A stretch of 64,000 nt of DNA. Origin: a virus. Taxonomy: Duplodnaviria; Caudoviricetes. A model generated the notes under the pieces. That model was not told the origin of the DNA. It worked only from the letters and a program-made list of their open reading frames with translations, and did no database searches. Below, piece after piece: positions 18,089 to 26,598 of the stretch (position 1 is its first letter; every line of letters begins with the position of its first letter). Location: positions 9,260 through 73,259 of the IMG/VR virus record IMGVR_UViG_3300025769_015023; one strand, written 5' to 3'. The position numbers and the translations under genes were made by a program.

Positions 18089-18428
18089 CTTTATCTTTTT
18101 TTGTTGTATTTCTTTTAGGGGATTTGAACATTCTTTTTGGTAGCCTCCATCCATTTTGGTATAAAAAGTTACTACAAACATCCGCAAATCTTTTAACGTC
18201 AGTCTCTGACTTATCCCAAAAAAAAGCATGAGCAATTTCGTGTATGCACGTATTAAGCTCCGACTTCTTGGTTAGATAAGGGTTTATATATATTTTAGGA
18301 TCTTTTTCAGACGGCGCTATACAGAGACCATCTACCTCGTCGCCGTAGGCAACATGTGGTTTTCTAAAGACTACTTCGTATTTTACGCCTTTTGTATTTG
18401 TGAAAAAAAATGAGTTTGAGTCTTTCAT
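18075..18428 (-). CDS. HExxH metallopeptidase-like (SprT/ImmA-like) protein
   Basis: VDGLC...IYINP...NTCIHEIAHAF. Confidence 0.7.
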   Translation of the reverse strand: MKDSNSFFFTNTKGVKYEVVFRKPHVAYGDEVDGLCIAPSEKDPKIYINPYLTKKSELNTCIHEIAHAFFWDKSETDVKRFADVCSNFLYQNGWRLPKRMFKSPKRNTTKKDKDDKR

Positions 18429-18889
18429 CTTATTTCTTTAAATTGACTTGGGTCGTTATCGTATAGTTCTACATAATCTTGGGTGAGCTCCTCACCCTCC
18501 TTGATTAGTCTGGTAGCAACAAACGGGGAATACTGGTCAAACTGAGGGCTTTTTTCGTTTATCGTTAAGTTGGGGTCGTTAGAGTGATTTACGTAAAATG
18601 AAATATCTAAACAGTTGAGACCATTTAAAGAAACGGGGTATGATTGAAACTCATCTTTTGCAAAAAAATCTTTTACACACTTCGCTACATTTTCATCGAT
18701 TCCTTCAAGATCCTCGTCTGTTATATCGATTTGTGGCGTTCTGTCTATATATGTTTTTTTAAATGGATTAACCCCTTTGGGGATTTCTTTTATGGCAAAC
18801 ACACCAACGCCTTGAAGATTAGAGACGCCAAGCCTACAGTAAGTATCATTTCTTAGATTATCTAGGAGTCTTTGCTTATAAGTTTTCAC
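18425..18889 (-). CDS. SET domain protein (second copy)
   Basis: SNLQGVGVFA, YVNHSNDPN, KEGEELTQDY. Confidence 0.85.
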   Translation of the reverse strand: MKTYKQRLLDNLRNDTYCRLGVSNLQGVGVFAIKEIPKGVNPFKKTYIDRTPQIDITDEDLEGIDENVAKCVKDFFAKDEFQSYPVSLNGLNCLDISFYVNHSNDPNLTINEKSPQFDQYSPFVATRLIKEGEELTQDYVELYDNDPSQFKEIR

Positions 18890-19150
18890 CTACAAATTTA
18901 AATTATTTACTTTAATTGATTGGTATAATTTTTTTAATTTACTAAGCTCCTTTGATTCGAACCCAGACTTATTGTATAGATTTTCCAATTTTTTACGAAT
19001 CAATGAAATCGAATCTTTATCTGGTTTTTCGTTTGATAACTCTAAAAACAATAGCCTTTCGTTTTTGTCTATTTCCAAAGAGCACCAAAAGAGAATTTGG
19101 TGGCTCATTCTTACTTTAGAGCTTATGCTATCTATGGTTTCATTTTTCAT
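18890..19150 (-). CDS. Hypothetical protein
   Basis: 86-aa ORF abutting the SET gene. Confidence 0.65.
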   Translation of the reverse strand: MKNETIDSISSKVRMSHQILFWCSLEIDKNERLLFLELSNEKPDKDSISLIRKKLENLYNKSGFESKELSKLKKLYQSIKVNNLNL

Positions 19151-19182
19151 TTGACTTAATCATATAATTTTTAAAACTCTAG

Positions 19183-19434
19183 TCAAGTACTGAATTCTTT
19201 TCTCCAGTTGCAAAAACTAGCAGATATGCCTTTAGGGTCTATCTTTTTAGTCATTAATAAATTCGCGCATCTTTTGGTTTCGTAAGCAATTTCTATCTCG
19301 TCTATTGTTTCGTCTTTTTTCATAGACTCTAGGTAATCTATAAAATTATTAAAAGAGGTATTCCAAGGAACCCAGCTAGCAGCAACATTTTCTTGGAAAA
19401 CCTCTCTGTCTTCTAAGGTTATCTTGTTTGCCAT
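19183..19434 (-). CDS. Hypothetical protein
   Basis: 83 aa; preceded by GGTGTAATATT motif. Confidence 0.7.
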   Translation of the reverse strand: MANKITLEDREVFQENVAASWVPWNTSFNNFIDYLESMKKDETIDEIEIAYETKRCANLLMTKKIDPKGISASFCNWRKEFST

Positions 19435-19444
19435 TTTACTGCTT

Positions 19445-19471
19445 AATATTACACCTATTTAGTGTAATTTA
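19445..19471. promoter_or_regulatory. Back-to-back divergent GTGTAA motifs
   Basis: aatattacacc (minus, serves 19434) and gtgtaattta (plus, serves 19476). Confidence 0.65.
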
Positions 19472-19475
19472 AAAT

Positions 19476-19802
19476 ATGAATTTGGTTATTGTTTCAGATA
19501 TTATACTTGACCCTCCTTCCGAGGCTCTTTTTGTAAGATATTTAACAATGAAGTCTAACCAAGAATTAGGAATGTGCAATCTTATAGAAAGCAGGAAGGG
19601 CGATTGGGATAAAATATATAAAATTTTAAAAAACAAATATTACTGGGATTTTTTTTATGACTTCGTTGAGCCTGAGTATAGAGTGGAAGGAATCAGAATA
19701 GACACGCAATTAAACTATTCCAAAACTATAAAAGTTAATAAAATTAGCTGCGAAAACGCAGTTAGCATTTTAGGTCAAATACAATTTATTCGCCAACTAT
19801 GA
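19476..19802 (+). CDS. Hypothetical protein (lone plus-strand gene in left arm)
   Basis: 108 aa with its own GTGTAA motif 5 nt upstream. Confidence 0.7.
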   Translation: MNLVIVSDIILDPPSEALFVRYLTMKSNQELGMCNLIESRKGDWDKIYKILKNKYYWDFFYDFVEPEYRVEGIRIDTQLNYSKTIKVNKISCENAVSILGQIQFIRQL

Positions 19803-19974
19803 TTTCGCAGGTAACCGTTATATCTTCGATGAAACCCTCTTCTCTAAGATAGGTTATTATTGACACGGCATAATCATCAGAAACTACACCTTCAGTGTCG
19901 TATATAACGACTTTGTCGCTACGCACTTCGGTTTCTATACCATTAACTGAGGCTGTGTATTTTTTTTTCCTCAA
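19786..19974 (-). CDS. Hypothetical protein
   Basis: 62 aa; ATGA-coupled. Confidence 0.6.
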   Translation of the reverse strand: MRKKKYTASVNGIETEVRSDKVVIYDTEGVVSDDYAVSIITYLREEGFIEDITVTCEIIVGE

Positions 19975-20183
19975 AATAAAAAGTAAGAACGTTCTACAAT
20001 CGCATCAAAATCGTCTTCTGATACGTTCTTGGCCTTACTTTTTTTGAGTTGCCTAATTTGAGATAAACACACAGCAACTCTTTGAGAGTTTTTGGGGAAC
20101 TCTTTCTTCATTGTCTCATCGCCCATGCATCGGGACATGAATGAAGCTTTCTCTTCTTTCTTATTTGGCTTAGGCAAAGGCAT
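19971..20183 (-). CDS. Small conserved-looking phage protein
   Basis: MPLPKP...FMSRCM...QRVAVC pattern; GGTGTAATATA motif at 20196-20206. Confidence 0.75.
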   Translation of the reverse strand: MPLPKPNKKEEKASFMSRCMGDETMKKEFPKNSQRVAVCLSQIRQLKKSKAKNVSEDDFDAIVERSYFLF

Positions 20184-20226
20184 AATAAGTTATAATATAT
20201 TACACCTTAAATGAGACTTTGAGAAT

Positions 20227-21114
20227 CTATATTGAGGATCTGCCCTTGTCTTTCGCCCAGTCTTTTTCTGGTCTATCTAGCTCATCGTTTCTAGCGTCTA
20301 CGTTTTTTAATAAATAAAATTTAAGGTCTTTTTCTTCGAAAGACTTTATTAAAGATTTTAGATCTTTTGGTAAGCACGTACCGCCAAACCCTCTTTTTCC
20401 TCCGCAGGGAACCTCTGTATGGCTCTCACCTATTCTCTCGTCGTAAGTAACCATCTTTTTTATAGCGGAGTAGTTCATGCCATAAGCAAGACATAAATCG
20501 TATACCTCGTTAAAAAAAGAAACTTTAGTAGCTAAGAAGGCGTTTCTTACCAGCTTTGCAGTTTCAGATAAGTTGCAAGTGGTAAACTCTATTACATTAC
20601 TATCTACTAATTCATTTTGCTTTGCTATTTCAAAAAGATTTCTAACTTTAAAGATAGTTGGATGATTAACGACACTTGAACCAAAAGATTTGAAATTTGG
20701 TATTCCAAATAATCTTGCGTTACATTTTTTAAAATCCTGTTCCCAGTTTAATTCTGTTAAAAATTCAGGCATGTGACTAACGCCATTTTTTTCGCAAAAC
20801 CCTATAGGAACAGTCGATCTTACCACTATATCAAACTTATTGTATCCAATTTTACTTAAATCTTTTATGCATTCTTCTACTATCTCGGTATGGCAAGAGC
20901 CGTCTTCTTTTGTTGGAGTCGGTACGCAAACAAAAATCAAATGAGACTTTTTTAAGTCATCTAAAGTTTTCACGTTCTTGCTGCATTTTTCTGGGTCTTT
21001 ATCATAAATTTTAACTTTTATGTTTTTGCAAGAAAGTAACGACGTTGCTTTCCCTACAAACCCAGCGCCTACAACGCCAATCTGCATATTTTTTTTATTT
21101 CTATAAGAAGGCAT
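20227..21114 (-). CDS. ugd: UDP-glucose/GDP-mannose dehydrogenase family protein
   Basis: GVVGAGFVG, FVCVPTP, VVRSTVP, PEFL, KLVRNAFLATKVSFFNE, GFGGTCLPKD. Confidence 0.9.
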   Translation of the reverse strand: MPSYRNKKNMQIGVVGAGFVGKATSLLSCKNIKVKIYDKDPEKCSKNVKTLDDLKKSHLIFVCVPTPTKEDGSCHTEIVEECIKDLSKIGYNKFDIVVRSTVPIGFCEKNGVSHMPEFLTELNWEQDFKKCNARLFGIPNFKSFGSSVVNHPTIFKVRNLFEIAKQNELVDSNVIEFTTCNLSETAKLVRNAFLATKVSFFNEVYDLCLAYGMNYSAIKKMVTYDERIGESHTEVPCGGKRGFGGTCLPKDLKSLIKSFEEKDLKFYLLKNVDARNDELDRPEKDWAKDKGRSSI

Positions 21115-21117
21115 TGG

Positions 21118-21300
21118 TTAAATCTGTTCTATGTCAAAAATGTCAACATTTAAAACTTCTAAGGTTTTTACGTTTTGTACTCCAAATGTCTCGCTATCGA
21201 CTACTGCTTTTACGATCCCTTTCCATTCGTAGTTTTTAGTTTTAACTGAAACTAGCTTACCGATTAACTTTTTGTTGTATTGTTCTTTTGTATTCTGCAT
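21118..21300 (-). CDS. Small Sm/SH3-like hypothetical protein
   Basis: 60 aa beta-rich (LIGKLVSVKT...WKGIVKAVV). Confidence 0.6.
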   Translation of the reverse strand: MQNTKEQYNKKLIGKLVSVKTKNYEWKGIVKAVVDSETFGVQNVKTLEVLNVDIFDIEQI

Positions 21301-21593
21301 TACAGTTTAATAGTTTCTTTGTCTTGTAGTTGGAATATAATTACAGGTGATGATGCTAAATGCTTTATCTTTAGGATTTCTTCTTCGGTTAAGCTTTCGA
21401 GATATTTTACGTATTTTTTAGAGCAATGTTCTATCAATTTTTGGTCTGCACAGCAGTATTGCGATTTGCTTACTGATTTAACACATTTTAATAAATCTTT
21501 AAACTTTTTGGGTTTTACTAGCTCTTCAAACTGATTCTGCGAATGCATAAATCTTATAAAGTGAGAACTAGATTTAAAATTATAAGATATCAT
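21300..21593 (-). CDS. Hypothetical protein
   Basis: 97 aa, overlap-coupled. Confidence 0.6.
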   Translation of the reverse strand: MISYNFKSSSHFIRFMHSQNQFEELVKPKKFKDLLKCVKSVSKSQYCCADQKLIEHCSKKYVKYLESLTEEEILKIKHLASSPVIIFQLQDKETIKL

Positions 21594-21952
21594 TTATTGT
21601 TTAAAGACTTAAACAGTAGTGAGAAGATATAGAATAAAAACAAACTTAAAGTATACGAGTAAATAAAAATTAAAATATTTTTATGAAAAAAGATTAGAGA
21701 TAAATTCAGCCATAGGCATAAGCACTGGGGGCATGTTATCAATCTAATAAAAAAACAATCATAGTTTATTTTTAAAAAATGAGTATAATGTAAAGATGAT
21801 TCGTTCTCAACGTTAAAATCAAAATATTCTTTAGATTTGAATACGTCGCCCAAACAAAAAATTTCACAATACTCTATAAACGCATTGGTATTGAACCAAA
21901 GATTCATTAGCATGAATGATAGTATGGAAAACTGTAAACAGTCTTCAAGCAT
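21590..21952 (-). CDS. Membrane protein
   Basis: Hydrophobic ends; central LITCPQCLCLW motif. Confidence 0.7.
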   Translation of the reverse strand: MLEDCLQFSILSFMLMNLWFNTNAFIEYCEIFCLGDVFKSKEYFDFNVENESSLHYTHFLKINYDCFFIRLITCPQCLCLWLNLSLIFFHKNILIFIYSYTLSLFLFYIFSLLFKSLNNK

Positions 21953-21953
21953 T

Positions 21954-22439
21954 TTAAGATATTACTTGAAATGAGCCTTGGTCGTCATCTGATATTCTTT
22001 TTTTACCTAGATGGTCGATAGCATCCGTGCTTCCAAAGCCCCCTTCTCCTCTTTCTGTGTTTTCTAGATCATCCACTTCATGCCAATCTACGTCATAGCA
22101 TTTTTCAATTATTAACTGAGCTATTCTGTCTTTGGCTTTAAAATTAACTATTTCATCAGAAAGGTTTATCAAAACCACGCAAAGCTCTCCTGTATAGCCA
22201 GAGTCTACCACCCCAGCCATTACGTCTATACCTTTCTTGAAAGACAATCCACTTCTTGGGGCTATTCTGCCATAAGTTCCTTCAGCTAATTGAATTTTTA
22301 TGCCAGTCTTAACCATGCATCTCTCAAATGGATAAGCGTCAAAATCTTCTAAACAAGCCAAATCGTACCCAGCATCAAGCTCGTGGCTTTTTTTAGGCGG
22401 TTCTGCTAAATCTGAAATCTTCTCGTATCTTAGATTCAT
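21954..22439 (-). CDS. dut: dUTPase (trimeric)
   Basis: AGYDL, RIAPRSGL, AGVVDSGYTGE, RIAQLI, RGEGGFGST. Confidence 0.95.
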   Translation of the reverse strand: MNLRYEKISDLAEPPKKSHELDAGYDLACLEDFDAYPFERCMVKTGIKIQLAEGTYGRIAPRSGLSFKKGIDVMAGVVDSGYTGELCVVLINLSDEIVNFKAKDRIAQLIIEKCYDVDWHEVDDLENTERGEGGFGSTDAIDHLGKKRISDDDQGSFQVIS

Positions 22440-22852
22440 AATTTTATTAAATCTACTTTATAAAAATTAAAAATATCTTTTGCTTTTTCGTCTTTTTCGT
22501 AGTCCTCTTTATAGACAACGGTATTTATATTATACGCTACTATCATTGAAGCGCAACTAGAGCAAGGTAATAATGTGCAAGCTAATAGTCTAGCTTCCCC
22601 TTTTTTAAATAAAGATAAACAATTAACTTCCGCATGAAGCATGTAAGGTCTTCTTAAATCTCTATCTTCCCAGAAACTTAAATGAGATGGTTTTTTTCCT
22701 TGGGCTAAACCATTGTAGCCAACACCCAAGATCATATTATTATGATCGAGGGCGCAAGCTCCAACTTTTTTAAAAGGGTCTTCGCTTCTAAGTGATGCTG
22801 TTTCAGCTATTCTTAAAGCGTACTCTTCCCAAGTGATTCTATCGGGATTCAC
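22436..22852 (-). CDS. dCMP deaminase
   Basis: KVGAC, GYNG, HAEVN and PCSSC zinc motifs. Confidence 0.92.
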   Translation of the reverse strand: MNPDRITWEEYALRIAETASLRSEDPFKKVGACALDHNNMILGVGYNGLAQGKKPSHLSFWEDRDLRRPYMLHAEVNCLSLFKKGEARLLACTLLPCSSCASMIVAYNINTVVYKEDYEKDEKAKDIFNFYKVDLIKL

Positions 22853-22854
22853 TT

Positions 22855-23088
22855 TTAAGGAATCTTTTTATACACCTTTCTTGGTCTACCAAGTTTTGGC
22901 TTCTCAACTCTATGAATTACTATCTCTTGGTTTTTGACAGCTTTATTCAGCTTAGAGTGAACAGTTACAAGAGAGTACTTGTTGTTCTCTCTCTTCATAA
23001 CATCCTGTGCTGTAAACTCAGAGTCAGGCCAAGAAAGATAAACTGGCTTTCTTCCGACTTTTTTATTTTTATTTTCTTCTTTATTCAT
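22855..23088 (-). CDS. Small winged-helix-like DNA-binding protein
   Basis: 77 aa; FTAQDV...VTVHSKLNKAV...GRPRKVY. Confidence 0.6.
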   Translation of the reverse strand: MNKEENKNKKVGRKPVYLSWPDSEFTAQDVMKRENNKYSLVTVHSKLNKAVKNQEIVIHRVEKPKLGRPRKVYKKIP

Positions 23089-23129
23089 GTTTAAAACTTG
23101 TTTGGATTCCTGTTATCCTTACTTTTTTT

Positions 23130-23202
23130 AGTATTGCGATTTTATTTTTAAAAGTCAACAATAAAAAAATAAATTGACCTCAAACAATAATTACAATATA
23201 CA
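23130..23202. promoter_or_regulatory. Divergent sigma70-like promoters at the strand switch
   Basis: Minus: TTGACT (23158-23153)-N17-AATACT; plus: TTGACC (23174-23179)-N17-TATACA. Confidence 0.6.
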
Positions 23203-23224
23203 TAACCTACATTTTGTTCTTTTA

Positions 23225-23615
23225 AAGCAGTGAATAGTGCGGTAACTGATAAGTTCACCTCAAGCCCGTAAAAAGGCTCTAATCAAGCAGGGTTAATAAC
23301 CCTCACGTTACTTCGGGAGCGCACGGCGTTGGAGATTAGAGATAAACCAGAAACTTAATCCTTTCTCAATTGGAAAGCTGGCAGTCAATAAAATAAGTCC
23401 CACTGCATATTAAAAGAGCTATATTTATGGTATTACTGCTCACGAACTAGGCAGAAACATTGCCGAAAGCACCTGTCAGATGACATTGCAATATGCAAGA
23501 AACGGTGTTGTGAAGGACTAAAGTGGGAGATAATACTGAAAACACGCTTGTGTTTTCTCTAAATTCATATAATATGGGTGAGAGGGAAACCATGTTCTAA
23601 AGCCTAAACTCATTG
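23225..23615 (+). ncRNA. Candidate large structured non-coding RNA
   Basis: No ORF; helices ctctaatc/gattagag, agggtt/aaccct, C(UUCG)G loop, ggcag/ttgcc, gcacc/ggtgt enclosing two hairpins, gaaaacac/gtgttttc, tcccact/agtggga. Confidence 0.65.
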
Positions 23616-23635
23616 GAAAGCTAACAGTCAAAATT

Positions 23636-24418
23636 ATGGACTCCATAAAATATAAACCTCTCACAGATTCCGAATTAACCCATAAGTCTATATTCATAGC
23701 TACACCTTGTTATGGTGGTATGGTTTGTCAGGAGTACACTCAAAGCTTACTTAGTTTACTAATGTGCTGTTTTCAGAGTAGAGTAAACTGCTCCTTCAAC
23801 TTAGCCTCTAACGAAAGCCTTATAACTAGAGGTAGGAACCATATGGTAAGTCAGTTTATGAACTCTGGGTGTACTCATATGATATTTATTGACGCGGATA
23901 TATCCTTCCAAGGTTCTGATGTTTTAAAACTATTAAGACATAACCTACCAGTAGTATGTGGTGCTTATCCGCTCAAAACAGATGAATCTAATTATGTATT
24001 TAATTTAAAGGATGCTAATAAACTTAATAGATTTAAAGATACTACTATATTTGAAGTACTAGACGCTGGGACTGGCTTCATGATGATAGAAAGATCTGTT
24101 ATAGAAGACATGCAGGAAAAGTATCCAGAACTACATTATGAGACAGATTTTGATTCTGGCTATATGCATAGAGAAAATCTCAGCGAATCTGATATATTAG
24201 GATTAAAAAAGAATCTGTACAGCCTATTTGATACAATGCACGAAAAAGAGCACGATAATAGGTACTTATCGGAAGATTATACTTTTTGCAGAAGATATCA
24301 GGAGATAGGCGGAAAGATATTCATAGATGGATCTATACTGCTGCATCATATAGGAAGAAAAGTTTACAACGGAGATCTTAGTAAAATATTTAATTTTATA
24401 CAGAGTAATGAAACCTAG
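23636..24418 (+). CDS. Glycosyltransferase (GT-A)-like phage protein
   Basis: IATPCYGG, SLITRGRN, FIDADISF (DxD), GTGFMMIER, YLSEDYTFC. Confidence 0.75.
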   Translation: MDSIKYKPLTDSELTHKSIFIATPCYGGMVCQEYTQSLLSLLMCCFQSRVNCSFNLASNESLITRGRNHMVSQFMNSGCTHMIFIDADISFQGSDVLKLLRHNLPVVCGAYPLKTDESNYVFNLKDANKLNRFKDTTIFEVLDAGTGFMMIERSVIEDMQEKYPELHYETDFDSGYMHRENLSESDILGLKKNLYSLFDTMHEKEHDNRYLSEDYTFCRRYQEIGGKIFIDGSILLHHIGRKVYNGDLSKIFNFIQSNET

Positions 24419-25046
24419 AGTTATTGGATTATCTGGTGTTGCTGGTAGCGGTAAGGACTTGTTCTTTGAAATGCTTTCTCAGAATATTAATTGCGAAAGA
24501 TTTGCATTAGCAGACGAGTTAAAAAAAGAAATAAAACCTTTCATACAAAAAGAGTATGGTTTTGATATAACTTCGTGTGACAGATCTCTCAAAAATCTAG
24601 TTAGACACTATCTGGTAGCGCATGGTGAAACAAAAAGAAAAGTATCAAATGGCAGATATTGGATTGATAAATTGCAGCCAAAGATTGAAAAAAGAATAGT
24701 AAACTTTTATTTAAAACAAAATAATTATAATTTAAATGAAAATAATAACCCACTTATACCTATAGTAACTGATATTAGATACAATGAGTATAAGAAAGAT
24801 GAAATTTACTGGCTTAAAGAGGAAATGAACGGCATACATGTTCATTTAAGAAAGTTTACGTTATCAGAAAATAGAGAAAAAATATTTAGCGAGCCAGCAA
24901 ATAAGTCTGAAGAAAGAAATGAGAAAATATTAATAGATTCAGCCGATTATACTATAGAATGGGAGCAAATGAAAGGCTCATTTGATGATAAGTATAAGAT
25001 AATGAAGCCTACGATAAAAGACTTTGTTAAAAGTTACTTGACTTAA
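24408..25046 (+). CDS. Deoxynucleoside monophosphate kinase (T4 gp1-like)
   Basis: IGLSGVAGSGKD P-loop, ALADELK, VTDIRY.E. Confidence 0.8.
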   Translation: MKPRVIGLSGVAGSGKDLFFEMLSQNINCERFALADELKKEIKPFIQKEYGFDITSCDRSLKNLVRHYLVAHGETKRKVSNGRYWIDKLQPKIEKRIVNFYLKQNNYNLNENNNPLIPIVTDIRYNEYKKDEIYWLKEEMNGIHVHLRKFTLSENREKIFSEPANKSEERNEKILIDSADYTIEWEQMKGSFDDKYKIMKPTIKDFVKSYLT

Positions 25047-25066
25047 TTTTATAAAAACAATAGTAT
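25038..25066 (+). promoter_or_regulatory. Sigma70-like promoter with TATAAAA spacer box
   Basis: TTGACT-N6-TATAAAA-N4-TAGTAT. Confidence 0.65.
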
Positions 25067-25074
25067 AAAAGTCT

Positions 25075-25365
25075 ATGAGCGAAAACCAAAATAACTCAGA
25101 TAATAAGAATAAGGAACTTGGGGCGCTCTGGAAGCGTAAGTCTAAGGATGGAAGCCAAACTTACTTGGCAGGACATCTTGTTTCAGAGGATGAGTTCGGT
25201 CAAGAAACTAGAACTAAAATTGTAGTTTTTTCGAACTCTAAGAAAACCAATGAGAGACAGCCTGATTTCAGAATGTACCTCTCAAAAGAGCAGCAAAACC
25301 AAGGTCAGACCCAAGCTCAAAACACAAGCAAGCCAGTTCAGGCGACTGAAGAAGAAGTTCTGTAG
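25075..25365 (+). CDS. DUF736-like / putative ssDNA-binding protein
   Basis: ELGALWKRKSKDG..YLAG...QPDFRMY with acidic tail (EEEVL). Confidence 0.65.
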   Translation: MSENQNNSDNKNKELGALWKRKSKDGSQTYLAGHLVSEDEFGQETRTKIVVFSNSKKTNERQPDFRMYLSKEQQNQGQTQAQNTSKPVQATEEEVL

Positions 25366-26453
25366 TGCCTGAACTATCTCTTAACCTACCGATAAATTCG
25401 GTATCATTTGGCCAAGTTTCCACACTTATACTGCGAGAGCTATATAAGCGTGGGCTTGAGCCATGTTCTTTATTTCCTATAGGCGAAGTTGATTTTTCTA
25501 CCCAAGAAAAAGATGATGATTTTTTCGAATGGGTTCAAAAGTGCGTAAGCAAAAGAAACTTCTCTCACTCTAGAAAAAACCCTACCCTAAAGCTATGGCA
25601 TTTAAATGGGTCAATGGAGTCGTACTCTGAAAATAATTCTTTACTGACTTTTTACGAGCTTGACTCGCCAACTAAATCCGAGATAAATATAGCAAAAAAT
25701 AATAAAAACTTAATAGTAACAAGTAATTACTCAAAAGAAATATTTAAAGAGCATGGGGTTGATGCCAAGGTTATACCTCTAGCCTTTGATGATTATAATT
25801 TTAAGAGAAAAGAAAAGAAGTACTTTGAAGACGGTAGGGTGAACTTTACTATTTGCGGTAAGTTTGAAAAAAGAAAGAACCATGCTAAAACTATAGCTTC
25901 TTGGGCAAAGCGTTTTGGTAATAATAAAAAATATTTTTTGCAATGCTCTGTCTATAATAATTTTGCTAAAGAAGAGTTAAATAAAAAATGGTTCTCTGAA
26001 TCAGTTTTAAATAAAAATTATTTTAATGTTCAGTTCTTAGGCCATATGCCTCATAATAATCTTTACAATGATTACTTAAACTCTAGTGATATTGTTCTCT
26101 GTATGTCTGGTGCTGAAGGTTGGGGTTTGCCAGAGTTTCATAGTGTAGCTATGGGTGCTCACGCAGTTGTTTTAAATGCAACCGCTTATAAAGAGTGGGC
26201 CAATAAAGAAAACTCTGTACTGATTGAGCCAACTGAAAAGATAGAATGCTACGATGGAATATTTTTCAACAAAGGCTCCGAATTTAATCAGGGTAATATA
26301 TATGACTACAATGAAGATGAATTCATACATGCTTGTGAAGAAGCCATAAGAAGACATGAAGAAAACCCTAGAAACTTAGAAGGAGAAAAAATTGTTTCTG
26401 AATTTACTCCTAAATCAATGGTCGATTCTTTACTGGATATTGTCCTTGACTAA
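25365..26453 (+). CDS. Glycosyltransferase family 4
   Basis: GKFEKRKN, EGWGLP..HSVAMG (E-x7-E region variant); GTG start. Confidence 0.85.
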   Translation: MPELSLNLPINSVSFGQVSTLILRELYKRGLEPCSLFPIGEVDFSTQEKDDDFFEWVQKCVSKRNFSHSRKNPTLKLWHLNGSMESYSENNSLLTFYELDSPTKSEINIAKNNKNLIVTSNYSKEIFKEHGVDAKVIPLAFDDYNFKRKEKKYFEDGRVNFTICGKFEKRKNHAKTIASWAKRFGNNKKYFLQCSVYNNFAKEELNKKWFSESVLNKNYFNVQFLGHMPHNNLYNDYLNSSDIVLCMSGAEGWGLPEFHSVAMGAHAVVLNATAYKEWANKENSVLIEPTEKIECYDGIFFNKGSEFNQGNIYDYNEDEFIHACEEAIRRHEENPRNLEGEKIVSEFTPKSMVDSLLDIVLD

Positions 26454-26474
26454 AAAACATAAAATCATTAAATT
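26446..26474 (+). promoter_or_regulatory. Sigma70-like promoter upstream of the RNA/array locus
   Basis: TTGACT-N6-CATAAAA-N4-TAAATT. Confidence 0.65.
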
Positions 26475-26480
26475 TTATTT

Positions 26481-26580
26481 CAGTAGGGAGGGTCGCTCCC
26501 GAATTAACGCCCAGTAGTTATGAACATTCGTTAGAAATTCAGACTGGGAATTACCTAGCTTCCCCTGTCGTGGGGGAAGC
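26481..26580 (+). ncRNA. Three-hairpin structured leader RNA
   Basis: gggag/ctccc (26486-26500), cccagt/actggg with inner tgaa/ttca (26510-26548), gcttcccc/ggggaagc (26558-26580); GC-rich island starting at the predicted TSS. Confidence 0.65.
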
Positions 26581-26598
26581 AAAATTTTCTCAAAAAAA

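Noticed and set aside
18089-18235. Extended N-terminus of the PMM-like ORF
   Set aside because: Overlaps the HExxH gene; HAD motif I lies just after the ATG at 18088
23225-23615. RNase P, tmRNA or group I intron identity for the structured region
   Set aside because: No GAGGAAAGUCC/AACAGAA RNase P cores, no tRNA-like ends with CCA, the GACUA/UAGUC-like elements are in the wrong order, and no interrupted gene
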